Shown in pieces: positions 42,756 to 54,600 of a stretch of DNA of 64,000 nucleotides. A program made the position numbers and the translations under genes. This DNA is from a virus, in IMG/VR virus record IMGVR_UViG_3300033388_006651, positions 64,001 to 128,000 of that record; one strand, written 5' to 3'. The notes beneath the pieces were generated by a model, which ran no database searches, was not told the origin of the DNA, and worked only from the letters and a program-made list of their open reading frames with translations. Each line of letters opens with the position of its first letter. Position 1 is the first letter of the stretch.

Positions 42756-43136
42756 ATGAGCTACAAGAAGAAACTCAAGAGCCTTGCGTCAAAAGTTGGC
42801 GAAGAAGGTGTCGATAAGCTGGCTGCCGTCCTCGACGACGAAGCCGCCAAAGCCGATGAGCCCTGGAAGCGCACCCTCCTGGACCTCCTGGCTGATGGCG
42901 CCCGTCGCCATGGCCCAGAGGGCTTCAAGATGGCCCAGGACGCCGCTGAGCGGTTCCTGGACGGTAGCGATGTCGATATCCGGAAGGTGACCAAGAACTT
43001 ACTGATCGCCAGCAACATGGTCGCCCAACTTCAAAAGGCAGAAATGGAGCGCAAAGAGCGGGCGCGAAAGTGGCTCCGTGCGGTTGGCGAAACTCTGGGT
43101 ACGATCCTCAAGGCGGCACTCGGGACAGTCCTGTAA
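42756..43136 (+). CDS. hypothetical helical protein
   Basis: GAAGG RBS; 126-aa ORF. Confidence 0.65.
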   Translation: MSYKKKLKSLASKVGEEGVDKLAAVLDDEAAKADEPWKRTLLDLLADGARRHGPEGFKMAQDAAERFLDGSDVDIRKVTKNLLIASNMVAQLQKAEMERKERARKWLRAVGETLGTILKAALGTVL

Positions 43137-43163
43137 TCCGCCGGGAATCCCGGACCTTGCGCT

Positions 43164-43613
43164 GTGGGAAATTTCGTCCGCAAACGAATGCGGGTCCTCA
43201 AGTACCTGCCAAAGAAACTGTTCGGCTTCGTCGTGGATGACGAGGGCCAACAGGTGTTCTTCCACATCCGTGCCTTCAAGTGGGGAGATTTCCCCACGAA
43301 CCCCCCACCGATCATCGGTGAGGAGGTCGATGTCGAGTACGACGAAGGTGGTCCCTCCAACGGGAAGGCGCCGAAGGCTCGGACCGTCTACAGGCTCTCG
43401 GAGCCCAGACCCGCCTTCGGGATCGTTGACGATTTCAACGAAAAACGTGGGTACGGGTTCATCAAATCCGAGGATGGGCGTTCCCACTATCTCCACCGTT
43501 CAGAGATGAAAGATGGCCGCCTTCCCATGCCGGGAATGGTGGTCACGTTTTTTGAGGGGTTCAAGCAAGGTCGCCCTCGAGCTTGCTACGTGAGTTTGAC
43601 GGAAGGAAGCTAG
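43164..43613 (+). CDS. tandem cold-shock domain protein
   Basis: KLFGFV..VFFHI and KRGYGFI..HYLH RNP motifs. Confidence 0.85.
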   Translation: MGNFVRKRMRVLKYLPKKLFGFVVDDEGQQVFFHIRAFKWGDFPTNPPPIIGEEVDVEYDEGGPSNGKAPKARTVYRLSEPRPAFGIVDDFNEKRGYGFIKSEDGRSHYLHRSEMKDGRLPMPGMVVTFFEGFKQGRPRACYVSLTEGS

Positions 43614-43615
43614 AG

Positions 43616-44248
43616 ATGAGCGACAAACGCAATCCATTTGGAGGCAAGAACCCGCACGGCATGTACGTGCCCATGACCGACGAGGAGATCGAAGTCCTCC
43701 ACCGGATTGCCGAGGCCGGTGAGTTCAAGGTCGTCATCAAAGGGGAGGGTCAGAAAGGTGTATCGATCGACTGGGGCTACGTCACCGGGTTCAAGATCGG
43801 CGCCTACCCAGGTCCGGGCCGATACCAGGGAGAGCCCATCGTCACGATCGGTGACAAGCGCCTCACCTTTTTCCTTCGGATGAACTTCAACGCGCCTGTT
43901 CTCCCGCAGCCCAACTGGTTCTTCGACATGGAGGTCCACGCGATGGGGCGCCTGTTTTTCTCGCAGCGGTTTCCGACGGCCAACGGAGGCAACCCGATCC
44001 AGATCTGCGCCGGCATGTTCCACGACTTCGCCCTGGACGTGGCCATCGACCAGATCGATCCTGCTCTCGTCAAAGAGGTGAAGCCCAAAACCCTCGGTCT
44101 CACCACGAGGCATGGCAACATGCGGCTCGATTCTTTCACCCAGCGTCTTTTGCATAAAACGCAGCAGGGGGAGCAGGCGGTTCGTAAAATCACGGCCGAC
44201 GAGGCCCGTAAAGCCACTGCGGACAAGAAGAAGGCAACGGGTCAGTAA
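43616..44248 (+). CDS. hypothetical protein
   Basis: 210-aa ORF from ATG 43616. Confidence 0.65.
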   Translation: MSDKRNPFGGKNPHGMYVPMTDEEIEVLHRIAEAGEFKVVIKGEGQKGVSIDWGYVTGFKIGAYPGPGRYQGEPIVTIGDKRLTFFLRMNFNAPVLPQPNWFFDMEVHAMGRLFFSQRFPTANGGNPIQICAGMFHDFALDVAIDQIDPALVKEVKPKTLGLTTRHGNMRLDSFTQRLLHKTQQGEQAVRKITADEARKATADKKKATGQ

Positions 44249-44421
44249 CGGTCCTATAGGGGCCCCTCTGCTAGAAGGATGCTCCTCCCCAACGGCAAAA
44301 AGCCCAAGGTCATCGTGAGCCAAGGGCGCAAGAACTCCCGGATCGTGGTCTCTCCCAGAGATCCACGAAACCGGTACAAATTGCACACCACGATGCCAGC
44401 CCCAGGAGGAGTGGGGAGTAT

Positions 44422-45219
44422 ATGTCTGACCATCGGGGGATGTTGATCCTGAAAAGGCACTTTGTCCGCAAGGCGATGGGTCTCGAGCTTGAGCTTGAGA
44501 TCACGTCCGAGGAACTTGGGCAGCTCTGGAGCGCTCACCAGGAGCTGCACATCACCCAGCTCGTGATGGGTGCGGACCAGAAGGACAAGCCCCAAGAGGC
44601 TGACATGGAGGTCGATGGCGAGTCCATGGACACCGACTGGGACGAGCCGGCTGATGATGCTTGGACGAGCGCCAAGAAGACCGCGGTCCGCAAGGTCGTG
44701 GCGTGTCTCATGAACGACGCGGCCAACCTGCCGCAGATCGGTCGCCGGGTTGATCGTATCGTCCGTCAGGTTGGGACTGCGGACATCTACTTCGACGATG
44801 GCTCTTTCGTTTCGGCTACGGTCAGCGATCCACAGCCTCGTACGAGTGAGGAGGCGGCCATCATCGAGTCCGTGTACGGGCATCCGGCTCCGGCCAAATC
44901 CTGCGGATGCAAGCAGGCGTGCACCCACAAACAAGCGGTGCCGGTCATCGACATGGTGGCGGCTGTTTACAAAAACCAGCTCCTGGGTGCGATGGACGTG
45001 CGCAAGCATGGAGCCCGGGACCCTCGGTTCTGGGGCTACAAAGTGGACGGCCCTTTCGAGCTTCACAAGCTCACTGACGTGCCGATGGACCTGGCTCGAG
45101 CCCTCACGGATTTCCCCACGCGGAAGGGTCGGTTGAGGGATCCCAGGCACGCCTGGAGGACGGTGCTGGAGCTCGCAGCGGGACGACCTTTCAAACGGGT
45201 ACAACGCCGCGCTTCGTGA
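44422..45219 (+). CDS. hypothetical protein
   Basis: GGAG RBS; 265-aa ORF. Confidence 0.65.
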   Translation: MSDHRGMLILKRHFVRKAMGLELELEITSEELGQLWSAHQELHITQLVMGADQKDKPQEADMEVDGESMDTDWDEPADDAWTSAKKTAVRKVVACLMNDAANLPQIGRRVDRIVRQVGTADIYFDDGSFVSATVSDPQPRTSEEAAIIESVYGHPAPAKSCGCKQACTHKQAVPVIDMVAAVYKNQLLGAMDVRKHGARDPRFWGYKVDGPFELHKLTDVPMDLARALTDFPTRKGRLRDPRHAWRTVLELAAGRPFKRVQRRAS

Positions 45220-45346
45220 AAAGAGCCTCTCGTTTTTCGAGATAGGCGCGCTTTTTTCGCTATGCGCGATTTGAGCGCATTTTGGAGGTCCACGGGTCTC
45301 GGTTTTCGGTTGATAGGCGCCCCTCTACCAGAGAGGCAATCAACCG

Positions 45347-46060
45347 GTGGCACAATTCTCGAACTTTGCAGCCCTACTGAACTTGGGGGGAGGCGGCGGT
45401 GGCGGTGGCGACCTGGCCAGCGTCCTTGTTACTGGGAACACCACTGGTGTTGACGATATCGAGTTCAGCTCGGGAACTGGGATCGTCACAACGGGCAATG
45501 CTGTTGGCCCTGGTTTCGATCTGGGCATCACCGCAGGAGACTCCACCGCAGGAGCCTTTGACGGCGGCGATCTCATCCTCAGTGGAGGGGCCGGCTCTGG
45601 CGGCAACCCCGATGGTGAAGTTCGCGTTGATGGCGATCTGACCGTCACGGGAACGCTGACCATGAGCAATCTGCTCGTCGGAACAGGGACGCCCGAAGGA
45701 GCGGTAGCCGCTCCGCCTTCGACGTTGTTTCAACGAACGGACGGCGACAGTTCCACCAACGCAAACCTCTACGTCAAAATGTTGGGCGTTGGAGTGACCG
45801 GGTGGGCGCCTTTGGTGCCCCCGGTCTTCGAGACATTCGTCGCGGTCGGCGTCACCACCTTCGTGACGAGTCGAGCCGTGTTCCCTGACGCCGCTGGGGT
45901 GGGCATGGAGAACATCGCTGTCTTTTGGAACGGCGTCTACCAAAGGCTGGGTGCGTTGGACGACTACACCATCGTGTTCGCCGGGGCCTTCGCCACCATC
46001 ACTTTCACTTCGCTGCCACCGAACGGTGACTTCATCACCATCCGGTACTTGCCGGCCTAA
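45347..46060 (+). CDS. virion fibre-associated protein
   Basis: LASVL..GNTTG, GTGTPEG.V.A..G.L motifs; C-terminal WNGVYQ..DY domain. Confidence 0.7.
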   Translation: MAQFSNFAALLNLGGGGGGGGDLASVLVTGNTTGVDDIEFSSGTGIVTTGNAVGPGFDLGITAGDSTAGAFDGGDLILSGGAGSGGNPDGEVRVDGDLTVTGTLTMSNLLVGTGTPEGAVAAPPSTLFQRTDGDSSTNANLYVKMLGVGVTGWAPLVPPVFETFVAVGVTTFVTSRAVFPDAAGVGMENIAVFWNGVYQRLGALDDYTIVFAGAFATITFTSLPPNGDFITIRYLPA

Positions 46061-46108
46061 TCCACTGGCAATCGTAGCCGCACTCGTAGCCGCTGCAAGA
46101 AACACACC

Positions 46109-49100
46109 ATGGCACTCGCACCCACGAATCTTGATCCCGATGGCCAAATCCGGAACATGCTCGTCTACGACGACGAGGTGCTCCCCGGCTCCGGACTCGA
46201 AGTCACTGGCGGTACGATCGAGGACAACCTCCACGGCATCATCTCGCAGATCAACCGCATCCTGAATGCGACGGCGGTTGGCAACGAATGGTGGGTCGAT
46301 ATCAACACGCCCTCCTCGTTCGAGAATGGTGCGAAGCGTGGTGTTCTTGATCTCAACACCGACCTGCACGACCTCCAGCGTAAGCGCATCCTCAAGAGGG
46401 TCAGTGCGATCGCTCTGGATGTTCCGGTCACGACTGCCGCGACCTCGACGCTGACGGGTACTGCCAACTTCGCGAACACCGAGACGGTTACGATCGACGC
46501 CAAGGTTTACACGTTCCAGACCGTTCTGACGGACGTAGACGGCAACGTGGCGATCGGTGTTGACCTTGCCACGAGTCTTTCGAACCTGGCGGGCGCCATC
46601 AACCTCACGGGTGTCGCTGGTACCGATTACGCCACGTTGATGACGCTCCACCCGACGGTGTTTTCGTCGGCGATCACGGCCACCACGATGGTGGTTACGG
46701 CCAAGACACAGGGTGCCGCTGCTGACTCCATCGTTACGACCGAGACAGGCGCCAACGCTTCATGGCCTGGCGGCACGCTTGGAGCGGGAACCGGTGGTGG
46801 TAGCACGACCGATTTCATCGTTCTGGCCAACAGCCAGCTTCCGTCCACGACCACCGCGGCCATTGGATCCGTGACGACCCTGGGTCTTGTTGTTGCGACG
46901 GCGGGATCTTTCGGGACTGCTGGTAGCCTCGACGAGGTCACTGGTGCCAATGCCCTGCAACCGAAGAACCTGTGGATCCTTGTGGATTCCGCTACCGGTG
47001 ATCCTCTGACCCGTACGGGCGGAGTTGCCGATGACACCCAGGTCTACGGACTTGCACAAAGTCAGAGTGCCATTGATGGCTCGACCATCACGGGTGGTTC
47101 CGGCAACGGTTTGCAGATCAGTTTGGTGGTCCGCGACGGTGCGGGTGCTGATCTCGAACTGATCACCGCTGGTGATGTTCCAAGCTCGGTGACGATCGAC
47201 TACGCATACGTGCGTCGTGACGCTTTCGAGGACTGCCCGGAAGAGGCATGGCTCGGTGGTGGGTTCGTCGATTCCGGTGTGTCCACCGCAACTCGTCAGG
47301 CGGCCTACGACAACCAGGGTGTTGGGGTCGTTACGACGGGTACGAACGCAACTCTCGACGTGGGTCTTGGGTTCATTTGGGAGATCGGCGATGGGGCCAG
47401 TGCGCCCGTGTTCACGGTCACCGAAGACTCGGGTGGTAGCGCGACTTCCGTAGTCATTGGAACTGCGGCGGACACGTACACGAACAATGCGCTCGATGTT
47501 GATTTCACGCAGGGTATCCAGGTCGATACCGACGCCACGATCAATCTCGGCATCACGGCGAACCAGATCGATTTCACGGCTGCCGGTAAGGTGACGGGAA
47601 CCGGCACGATGCTGTTCACGGCCGACTCGGCCAACGTCACGGTGAGCACGACGACAGGCGGCAACGTGCTCCTGAGTTCGGCGGCAGCTATTGATGCGCA
47701 AGCTGTCGGAGCGGTCACGATCGACTCTTCCGGTGGTGCGATCGGTATCGGTACGGACGCGGACACCGGAGCCGTCAATGTCGGCACCGCAGGGGCCCGT
47801 GCGGTCACGGTTGGCAGCGTCACAGCAGGCACAACGCTTCTACTCAACTCCGGTTCGGCCGGTGTTGATCTCAGTGCCCCTTCAAATCTTGGCGAACTAT
47901 TCACGCTGACCAACACGGATGGCACCAACGGCCACGCTGTTGAGATGTTCGTCAACGACGTGACCACGAACCCCGACACAGTGGGTGTTGCGGCTCCTGT
48001 TGGTTCTGTCATGTGGAAGGACTCTTCCGGTGGCGGCGTTGGTGTGGGTGAAGCGTGGCTCAAAACTGGCCCGAACGACGACGATTGGGAGCAAATCCAA
48101 ACAGGCGCTGACACCTCCAACTCGCTCCAGCAAGCTTACGTGGCTGGCAACACCATTACGGTGGACTCGACCGAAGGTGCTCTGGAGTTCATCGGCACGG
48201 TTGATGATGCGACTACGGTTCTGACTCTTACTGGTGGAAACCACACGGGTGCGACCGCTGGAAACATCCTTAACATCAGCAATGATGCCTCGGCGCTTGG
48301 CGATGCTGTCTTCATCAATAACCTTGGTGGCGGTTCCGCTATCGAGGTTCAGGATGGCGGCGTCGCGGTTATGGACATCGCAAGCACAGGTGCCGTTACG
48401 TTCACCCCGACTTCGGGAACGGATTTCACGGTTACGACGGCGGTTGCAGGCAATGTGGACATCAACGCGGGTACGGCGGTTACGATTGATGCAACGCTTG
48501 GTGGGATTTCTCTCGATGCAACGGGTGCTTCGAACTTCACGACCACTTCGGGCAGTTTGACCCTCAGCACAGCGGATTCGACGGCTGGGCAGAACGTGGT
48601 CGTCTCCGCGGGTGATTCCTCGGTGGCAGCGACAGTCGGTGGTGCTATTTCGGTCACGGCCGGTGACGGCGCAACAACCGCAGCGGGCGGCGCTCTTGAC
48701 TTGGATGCAGGTGCAGGTGGTGCAACCGGAACTGGTGGTGCTGTCACTTTTGACTCTGGTGCTGGTGGTGCAACATCCGGTGCTGGTGGTGCAATGACCT
48801 TCACCGCGGGTGCTGCGGCCACTTCGGGTGCCGGTGGTGTTTTCACCGCCACAGCAGGAGCCGGTGCTGGGAACGGCAGCGGCGGTGATATGGCCCTCGC
48901 TGCCGGCACGAACGGTGGAACTTTCCCAGGAATTGCGGGCATTGCAACCCTTACAGGTGGTGTCGGTGTAGCAGCCAGCGGAGGCGACGCGCGGTTGACA
49001 GGCGGTTCTGCGACAGTGGGCTCGGGTGGTCGTGCGCAGGTTACGGGAGGTGCTGGGGGTACTACTAACGGCGACGGAGGTGATGTTCTTGTCACAGGTG

Positions 49101-50902
49101 GTGCCGGTGGTGTGACCAACGGCCAAGGTGGCGACATCATTATTGCCAGTGGTGTCGGGGCAGGTTCTGGTGGTGACGGCACCATCGACATCGGTATCAC
49201 GGGTACTCCTCAGATCACGATCGGTGGCGCCACGATGGCGGACGGAATCAGTTTCGTTAGCGGGAGTGGCGAAGTGGACGCTTTCCTGTCTTACGACAAC
49301 TCGGCAGGCACCCTTGGCGATGCCGCCTCAATTTACATTGGCGATTCGGATCCCACGGCTGCCACTTGGGGTGCGAATAACGCTTCGGAAAGCTCTCTGT
49401 TCCACCGTGGAACGGCAACGGCCGGTGAGCTTTGGCTGAAAACGGGGGCCGCGGCAACGGCGTGGACTCGGATCGCAACGACTGCCGATACCGGCTCCAC
49501 ATTGGAAGCTGCATGGACAGCCGCAACGGGTGCGGGTGCGACTCTGGGCACTTCTGGGTTCACGGGTCGAATCACCGACACGGACATTTATCTCATCGAG
49601 ACGCTGACCACGAATGACCGGTTGCTGTCTTTGGCGGCGGTTGCAGGTGCAGATGTGGTGGGCATCGGAAACTCCATCGGGGCCTCCGTTCTTGACCTGG
49701 ACTCGGGTACAGGCGGCACGGCCATCGACTCGACGGGTTCAATCGACATCACCAGTTCTCTTGCTGGGGTTTCGATTGATGCGACGGGGGGTGGTAACTT
49801 CACCACCGTTGGTGGCGACCTGACTCTGAGCACAGGGAACACAGGTGTCGCTGCTGACGTTGTGGTCTCTGCGGGCGATTCGTCCACGGCAACCACGATT
49901 GGTGGTGGGGTCTCAGTCACAACAGGAGACGGCAACACCACAGGCGCAGGCGGTGTCCTTGCACTCACAGGTGGCCTTGGTGGAGCAACTGACGCCAGCG
50001 CTGGCGGTGCCATCAACATCACGAGTGGCTCCAGCGCAGCGGCCAACGGAAACAGCGGTGCCATCAACATCGAAGCTGGTGCCGAAACAGGCACGGGTTC
50101 CGAAGGTGCCATCAGCATCGGTGCAGTGAACGCAGGTGCGATGCTCATCGGCATCAACGGTGGCGGGGTGCGAATCGCAGATTCTTTGAGCCTTGGTTCC
50201 ACGGCGGGCATAAGCGCTACCGCGGACACCACCATCACGTTGACCACTTCGGACATCGCGGATGCTTCGGGCAGCGACATTTCGGTCAATGCGGCCACCT
50301 CTTCTGGTGCGGGCAACGACGGTGCTTCCATCCGACTCCTTCCTGGTGATGGTGGAACCACGGGTGCTCACGGTTCCGTGGATATCGACGGTGCTTTCGA
50401 TGCGGACGAAGCCTTCCTTACGCTGACGGGTAGCGGTGCTTCGGGCAACTCTGATCTCTATGCTGGTTCGACACTGCCTGCTCACACGGCGGCTGCCGGC
50501 TCGTTATACTTCCGCAACGTCGGGTCGGGCCTCACCGGAGGCTCTGTCTACGTTCAGGTTGATGCTTCTACGGCGGGTGAGGGTTCGGATTGGGAGCAAC
50601 TCGCGAGCAGTGGTGCTGCCCTCACCCGTCAGCACTTCCAAACGACGATGTTTGCGGACGTGTCGGCGGGCAGCCCCATCAACACCGCGGCCATCAACGG
50701 AACGATGCCGTCCAAGCCGGCTTCGGGTTTCACGTTCAACGACGACACGGACATGTACCTCAACGGGATCATCCTCTTCAACGGGACGGAGGTTGAGGAC
50801 GGTACGGGTGATGACATCGATGTGACCGCCATCACGGGTCCCACGTTCCGCGTCGATGACGTGATCACCATCATCTACTACACGAACTCCACTGCCGGGT
50901 AA
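46109..50902 (+). CDS. giant Gly/Thr/Ala-rich tail-fibre-like protein (1597 aa)
   Basis: Repeated GG.I.I.AG units, LQ.AY modules, no signal peptide. Confidence 0.75.
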   Translation: MALAPTNLDPDGQIRNMLVYDDEVLPGSGLEVTGGTIEDNLHGIISQINRILNATAVGNEWWVDINTPSSFENGAKRGVLDLNTDLHDLQRKRILKRVSAIALDVPVTTAATSTLTGTANFANTETVTIDAKVYTFQTVLTDVDGNVAIGVDLATSLSNLAGAINLTGVAGTDYATLMTLHPTVFSSAITATTMVVTAKTQGAAADSIVTTETGANASWPGGTLGAGTGGGSTTDFIVLANSQLPSTTTAAIGSVTTLGLVVATAGSFGTAGSLDEVTGANALQPKNLWILVDSATGDPLTRTGGVADDTQVYGLAQSQSAIDGSTITGGSGNGLQISLVVRDGAGADLELITAGDVPSSVTIDYAYVRRDAFEDCPEEAWLGGGFVDSGVSTATRQAAYDNQGVGVVTTGTNATLDVGLGFIWEIGDGASAPVFTVTEDSGGSATSVVIGTAADTYTNNALDVDFTQGIQVDTDATINLGITANQIDFTAAGKVTGTGTMLFTADSANVTVSTTTGGNVLLSSAAAIDAQAVGAVTIDSSGGAIGIGTDADTGAVNVGTAGARAVTVGSVTAGTTLLLNSGSAGVDLSAPSNLGELFTLTNTDGTNGHAVEMFVNDVTTNPDTVGVAAPVGSVMWKDSSGGGVGVGEAWLKTGPNDDDWEQIQTGADTSNSLQQAYVAGNTITVDSTEGALEFIGTVDDATTVLTLTGGNHTGATAGNILNISNDASALGDAVFINNLGGGSAIEVQDGGVAVMDIASTGAVTFTPTSGTDFTVTTAVAGNVDINAGTAVTIDATLGGISLDATGASNFTTTSGSLTLSTADSTAGQNVVVSAGDSSVAATVGGAISVTAGDGATTAAGGALDLDAGAGGATGTGGAVTFDSGAGGATSGAGGAMTFTAGAAATSGAGGVFTATAGAGAGNGSGGDMALAAGTNGGTFPGIAGIATLTGGVGVAASGGDARLTGGSATVGSGGRAQVTGGAGGTTNGDGGDVLVTGGAGGVTNGQGGDIIIASGVGAGSGGDGTIDIGITGTPQITIGGATMADGISFVSGSGEVDAFLSYDNSAGTLGDAASIYIGDSDPTAATWGANNASESSLFHRGTATAGELWLKTGAAATAWTRIATTADTGSTLEAAWTAATGAGATLGTSGFTGRITDTDIYLIETLTTNDRLLSLAAVAGADVVGIGNSIGASVLDLDSGTGGTAIDSTGSIDITSSLAGVSIDATGGGNFTTVGGDLTLSTGNTGVAADVVVSAGDSSTATTIGGGVSVTTGDGNTTGAGGVLALTGGLGGATDASAGGAINITSGSSAAANGNSGAINIEAGAETGTGSEGAISIGAVNAGAMLIGINGGGVRIADSLSLGSTAGISATADTTITLTTSDIADASGSDISVNAATSSGAGNDGASIRLLPGDGGTTGAHGSVDIDGAFDADEAFLTLTGSGASGNSDLYAGSTLPAHTAAAGSLYFRNVGSGLTGGSVYVQVDASTAGEGSDWEQLASSGAALTRQHFQTTMFADVSAGSPINTAAINGTMPSKPASGFTFNDDTDMYLNGIILFNGTEVEDGTGDDIDVTAITGPTFRVDDVITIIYYTNSTAG

Positions 50903-50975
50903 CCGGTGAACTAGGGGCCCCCGGTCAGTGACCGGGGGTTTTCAGGGCTGTGCAAAACAAATGGGAGAAAACAAA

Positions 50976-51539
50976 ATGCCGGACGGAAACCGACTTCGAG
51001 AGCAAGTCGATGACATGACCATGCGGGCCGAAGTGAGCGCTGCCGTGGCCAAGGATCATCAAAAGATCACAATCGATCGCCAAAACCTAGCGAATCGAGA
51101 GCTCCAAAAACTGCGTCTTTTGGCGGGGGTTTTTGCGATGGGGGAACAGGTCCTTCGGCAAAAGCAGAAGAGTCTTCTCGAAGGCGACGAAACGCCCAAC
51201 GAAATCGCACTCGGTGGGCTCGAGGACGCGATCGTCAACGTGCTGGGACTTGCCAAGCAGGCCGACCGCCACATTTCACATAACGAAGGGGCTGTGGCTG
51301 CACTTCAAGCCATGGAAGAGACCTTTCGACAAAAGGCCCAGGACGCAACGTCCAGAGCCCGTGGGATGGGCGTGGTGGGGAAACGAGCCATCGGGGTCGC
51401 GGAGTCCCGGAACCCTCCCCAAACCGCTCAGGGAGCGCCTCAGAGCCTTGACCAGACACCCCTGGCCTCTTCGGCTCAGGGGGTCAGTCCCCTGTCGGGT
51501 TTTTTCGACGCGACGCCCACCGTCCGCACGTCGGACTGA
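50976..51539 (+). CDS. coiled-coil hypothetical protein
   Basis: GGAG RBS; helical. Confidence 0.6.
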   Translation: MPDGNRLREQVDDMTMRAEVSAAVAKDHQKITIDRQNLANRELQKLRLLAGVFAMGEQVLRQKQKSLLEGDETPNEIALGGLEDAIVNVLGLAKQADRHISHNEGAVAALQAMEETFRQKAQDATSRARGMGVVGKRAIGVAESRNPPQTAQGAPQSLDQTPLASSAQGVSPLSGFFDATPTVRTSD

Positions 51540-51619
51540 TTCCGCGAAAGAGCCTATGAGCCGCCCCTAAGCAGGGGTGGCCTCTAGGCGGTCACCCCGC
51601 GAACGGAGCCTAAGTAACC

Positions 51620-54600
51620 ATGGCAAACCCTCCCGCCAATCGACGCCCAGGTGTAGACGCCGACATTTTTCAAGGAACGTGGCTCCGCGGATTCGACGTG
51701 CCGGCGGGCAACAACGATCCCGCTGCGAATCCTTGCGATCTGATCATCTCGAACGGCAAAAGTCAGATCGACGAGACCGTCTCCGATCTGTACATCTGGA
51801 ACAGGACGCTAGATCGGGAACAGCCCATGTTCATCTTCGCGGTGGGGAACGACTTTACGTCCCTCGTTGCAAAGTTTGGCGTTTACGCGGGAGTTCTGCC
51901 TGATCCTAACGGGATCCTCACGGATGAGATCGGGTCGCTTTACCTTTCCAACAATCCGGCTGCTCTTTGGCAGAACCAAAACGGCGGCGACACTTGGGAA
52001 AAGATCTCCGACGACCTCGGTGGGGAGAGCCTCCAGGAGACGTTGGCCATCGGCAACGTCACCGGCGGTTTCAACCTCCAAGTCACCAACGGTGACTTCA
52101 TCATTGGTGTAGAGAACAGCACCGGTGGTACTGGCGCTGATGTCCAGGTCTTTGGTGGTCCCGCTACTGGGATAACTGGAGACGGTGGCCAAGCCGTCAT
52201 CGTCGGAGGCACTTCGGTTGGCGGCAACACGGGTGCTGTTGGGGTGTTCTCTCGAGACACCACCAACGCTGGAGTTTCAGGCAACGTTAATGTCCGTACC
52301 GGTACTTCCCTGTTGGGTGGCAACAGCGGTAGCATCGACATGCGGACTGGCAACACGGGAGCTCCTGGAATTCTCGGCGTCAGCGGTGTTTTCGGGTTCA
52401 TCGGTGGTGATTCGCTCACGACAGGTGCGCTTGGAGTAGGTGGCCAGCTCTTTGCTCGAGGTGGTAGCGCAACCGAGGACGGTCAGGGCGGCAACATGCT
52501 GCTCTACGCTGGCCATGCGGTTACCGTACCGCCAGCTCCGTTCATTCCGGTCAACGCTGCGGGACAGGGCGGCAACGTCCTTCTCCAGAGTGGCAACTCG
52601 TCCGGCACTCGGGCCGGTGGCCTTGTTGTTCTGACGGGTGGCACGGGAGGGTCGAGCGGAGGAGTCGGTGGCACCATCATTCTCGACCCCGGTGCGGGAG
52701 GTGGTGGCGCCGGTGACGGTGAGGTCGTCGCCACAAAAGTTCTGCGTGCCGACAACATCAAGCGCGGGGATTCGGATCCCAACTCAGTCGTCTCCGGCAA
52801 CGAAGGTGATGTCTACCAGCGCACGCAGGGTGGGATTGGTCAGGTGTGGGTCAACACCAACGGTTCGATCACGGGTTGGAAACAGCTCGCGTTCGCTGGT
52901 GATCTGGTTGAAGCCCTCCAGCAAATGCAGAACGGCTATGTGTCGCCGTCCATGATGGGGTTCGGAGGCACAGACGAAGAACTCTACAGTGACGTAGGAC
53001 TCTACAAGGGCCTTCGCACTGACGAAAGTCTGGGAGGCACGGTCGATGGCTCTTTCGTTGACAGTGGTCCTGTTCTCCGTTTTGCGGTCTCTGAATCAAT
53101 TGGCGCTCTAAACCAACGTGCCGGTTTGGACATGATCACATCCGGGGTCATGGGACCTGGTGTGCGTCTTGAAAATCGGTTCTTCGCTACCTTTGCGTTC
53201 AATACCCGTTCCCTGGACTCGAACACTTGCCGGTTTTTCCTTGGATTGACCGGCAACACGTTGGCGGCCCAACTGGGCACGGATCTACCTGGCGGTGATT
53301 ACATCGGGTTCATGCGCAGCAACTTGAACGCCAACTGGTTGGTGGTTCATCGTGGCGGAGGTGCCGCGAATTTTGCCAACACGGGCATCGCAAAAACCAC
53401 GACGGACGTTGATACGGACGTTTACTATTTCATCGTTGACGCCACGGATGGTTTAACTCCGCTCGTTCGGTTCTTCATTCTTGATCCGGACCTGAACGTC
53501 ATCAGTAGCATCACGGTCAATTCGGATCTTCCTGATGTCACGGCGACTGAGTTGTGGCCCGCAGTGGGTGTTCAAAACGTCAATGGTGCGGGTGGCGGAA
53601 CCTCTTTCCTCAAAATGTCCCATGCGGGCATCACCACCAAAGCGGCGACTGTTGCCCAAGGTGGGGGAACTGGCACCGGTGGCCTCACGCTTGGTCAAGT
53701 TCTCCTCAACGGGAACCAAACCGACGCCATACTCATCGAGGTCAACCAAGGTAGCGGCCTGTTGGGCGTCGTGGACGACAACGCTGGAGACGGTGCCGAT
53801 GTCCTTGTCTTCGGTGGTGCGACGACCCTGGTCGGCAACGACACTGGCGGCGTCATTGTTGCGTCCGGTAGTGCTTTCGGAGGCGGGGCCGAAGGGGCCG
53901 GAGCCACGACGGGCGCTCTCGTTCTGACATCCGGATTCCAGCTTGTTGTCACGACTCTTGGCGACACCGGCATCGTCGATATTCAGAGCGGTGACCATGC
54001 CGGCACTGATGGCACGACGGGTGACTTTTTTCTTCGTACCGGTGGTTTCACCAACGGCGCTGCGGGTACTCGGGTTCAGGGCGACATTCTGATCGCCGCT
54101 GGATCGTTCATTCCGAACACGGCAACGACCACCGGTGAGATCATCATCAAGGGTGGTAGCTCGAGCCTCACGGGCGTGGATGGTGGCGATGTCACCATCA
54201 TGTCGGGTGAGAACAATTCGGCGATCGGCGACACGGGTGACATCGACATCGAGACCTTCGATGCGAACCTGGATGGTGACTCCGGTGTCCTGGAGTTGGC
54301 CACTGGTACGGGCGGCTCGAACGCTGGTGACTCGGGTTTCCTTACACTCGCAACTGGGGCCGCGATTGCCGGCAGTTCTGGCGCCATCGGATTCGGTACG
54401 GGTGCTGCGGGTAACGGCGCAGCCGGCGGCATCCTGATGCTTATCGGTGACAGCACCGTGGGGAATGGTAGCGCAATCGCTCTGTTCTCCGGCACCACCA
54501 CGGACGCGGCTGGTTTTGGTGGAGACATCGAATTTACTCCGGGCACCGGTCCTCTTGGGGACGGTGCGGTCATCATCAACGGCAAGTTGACGGTCACGGG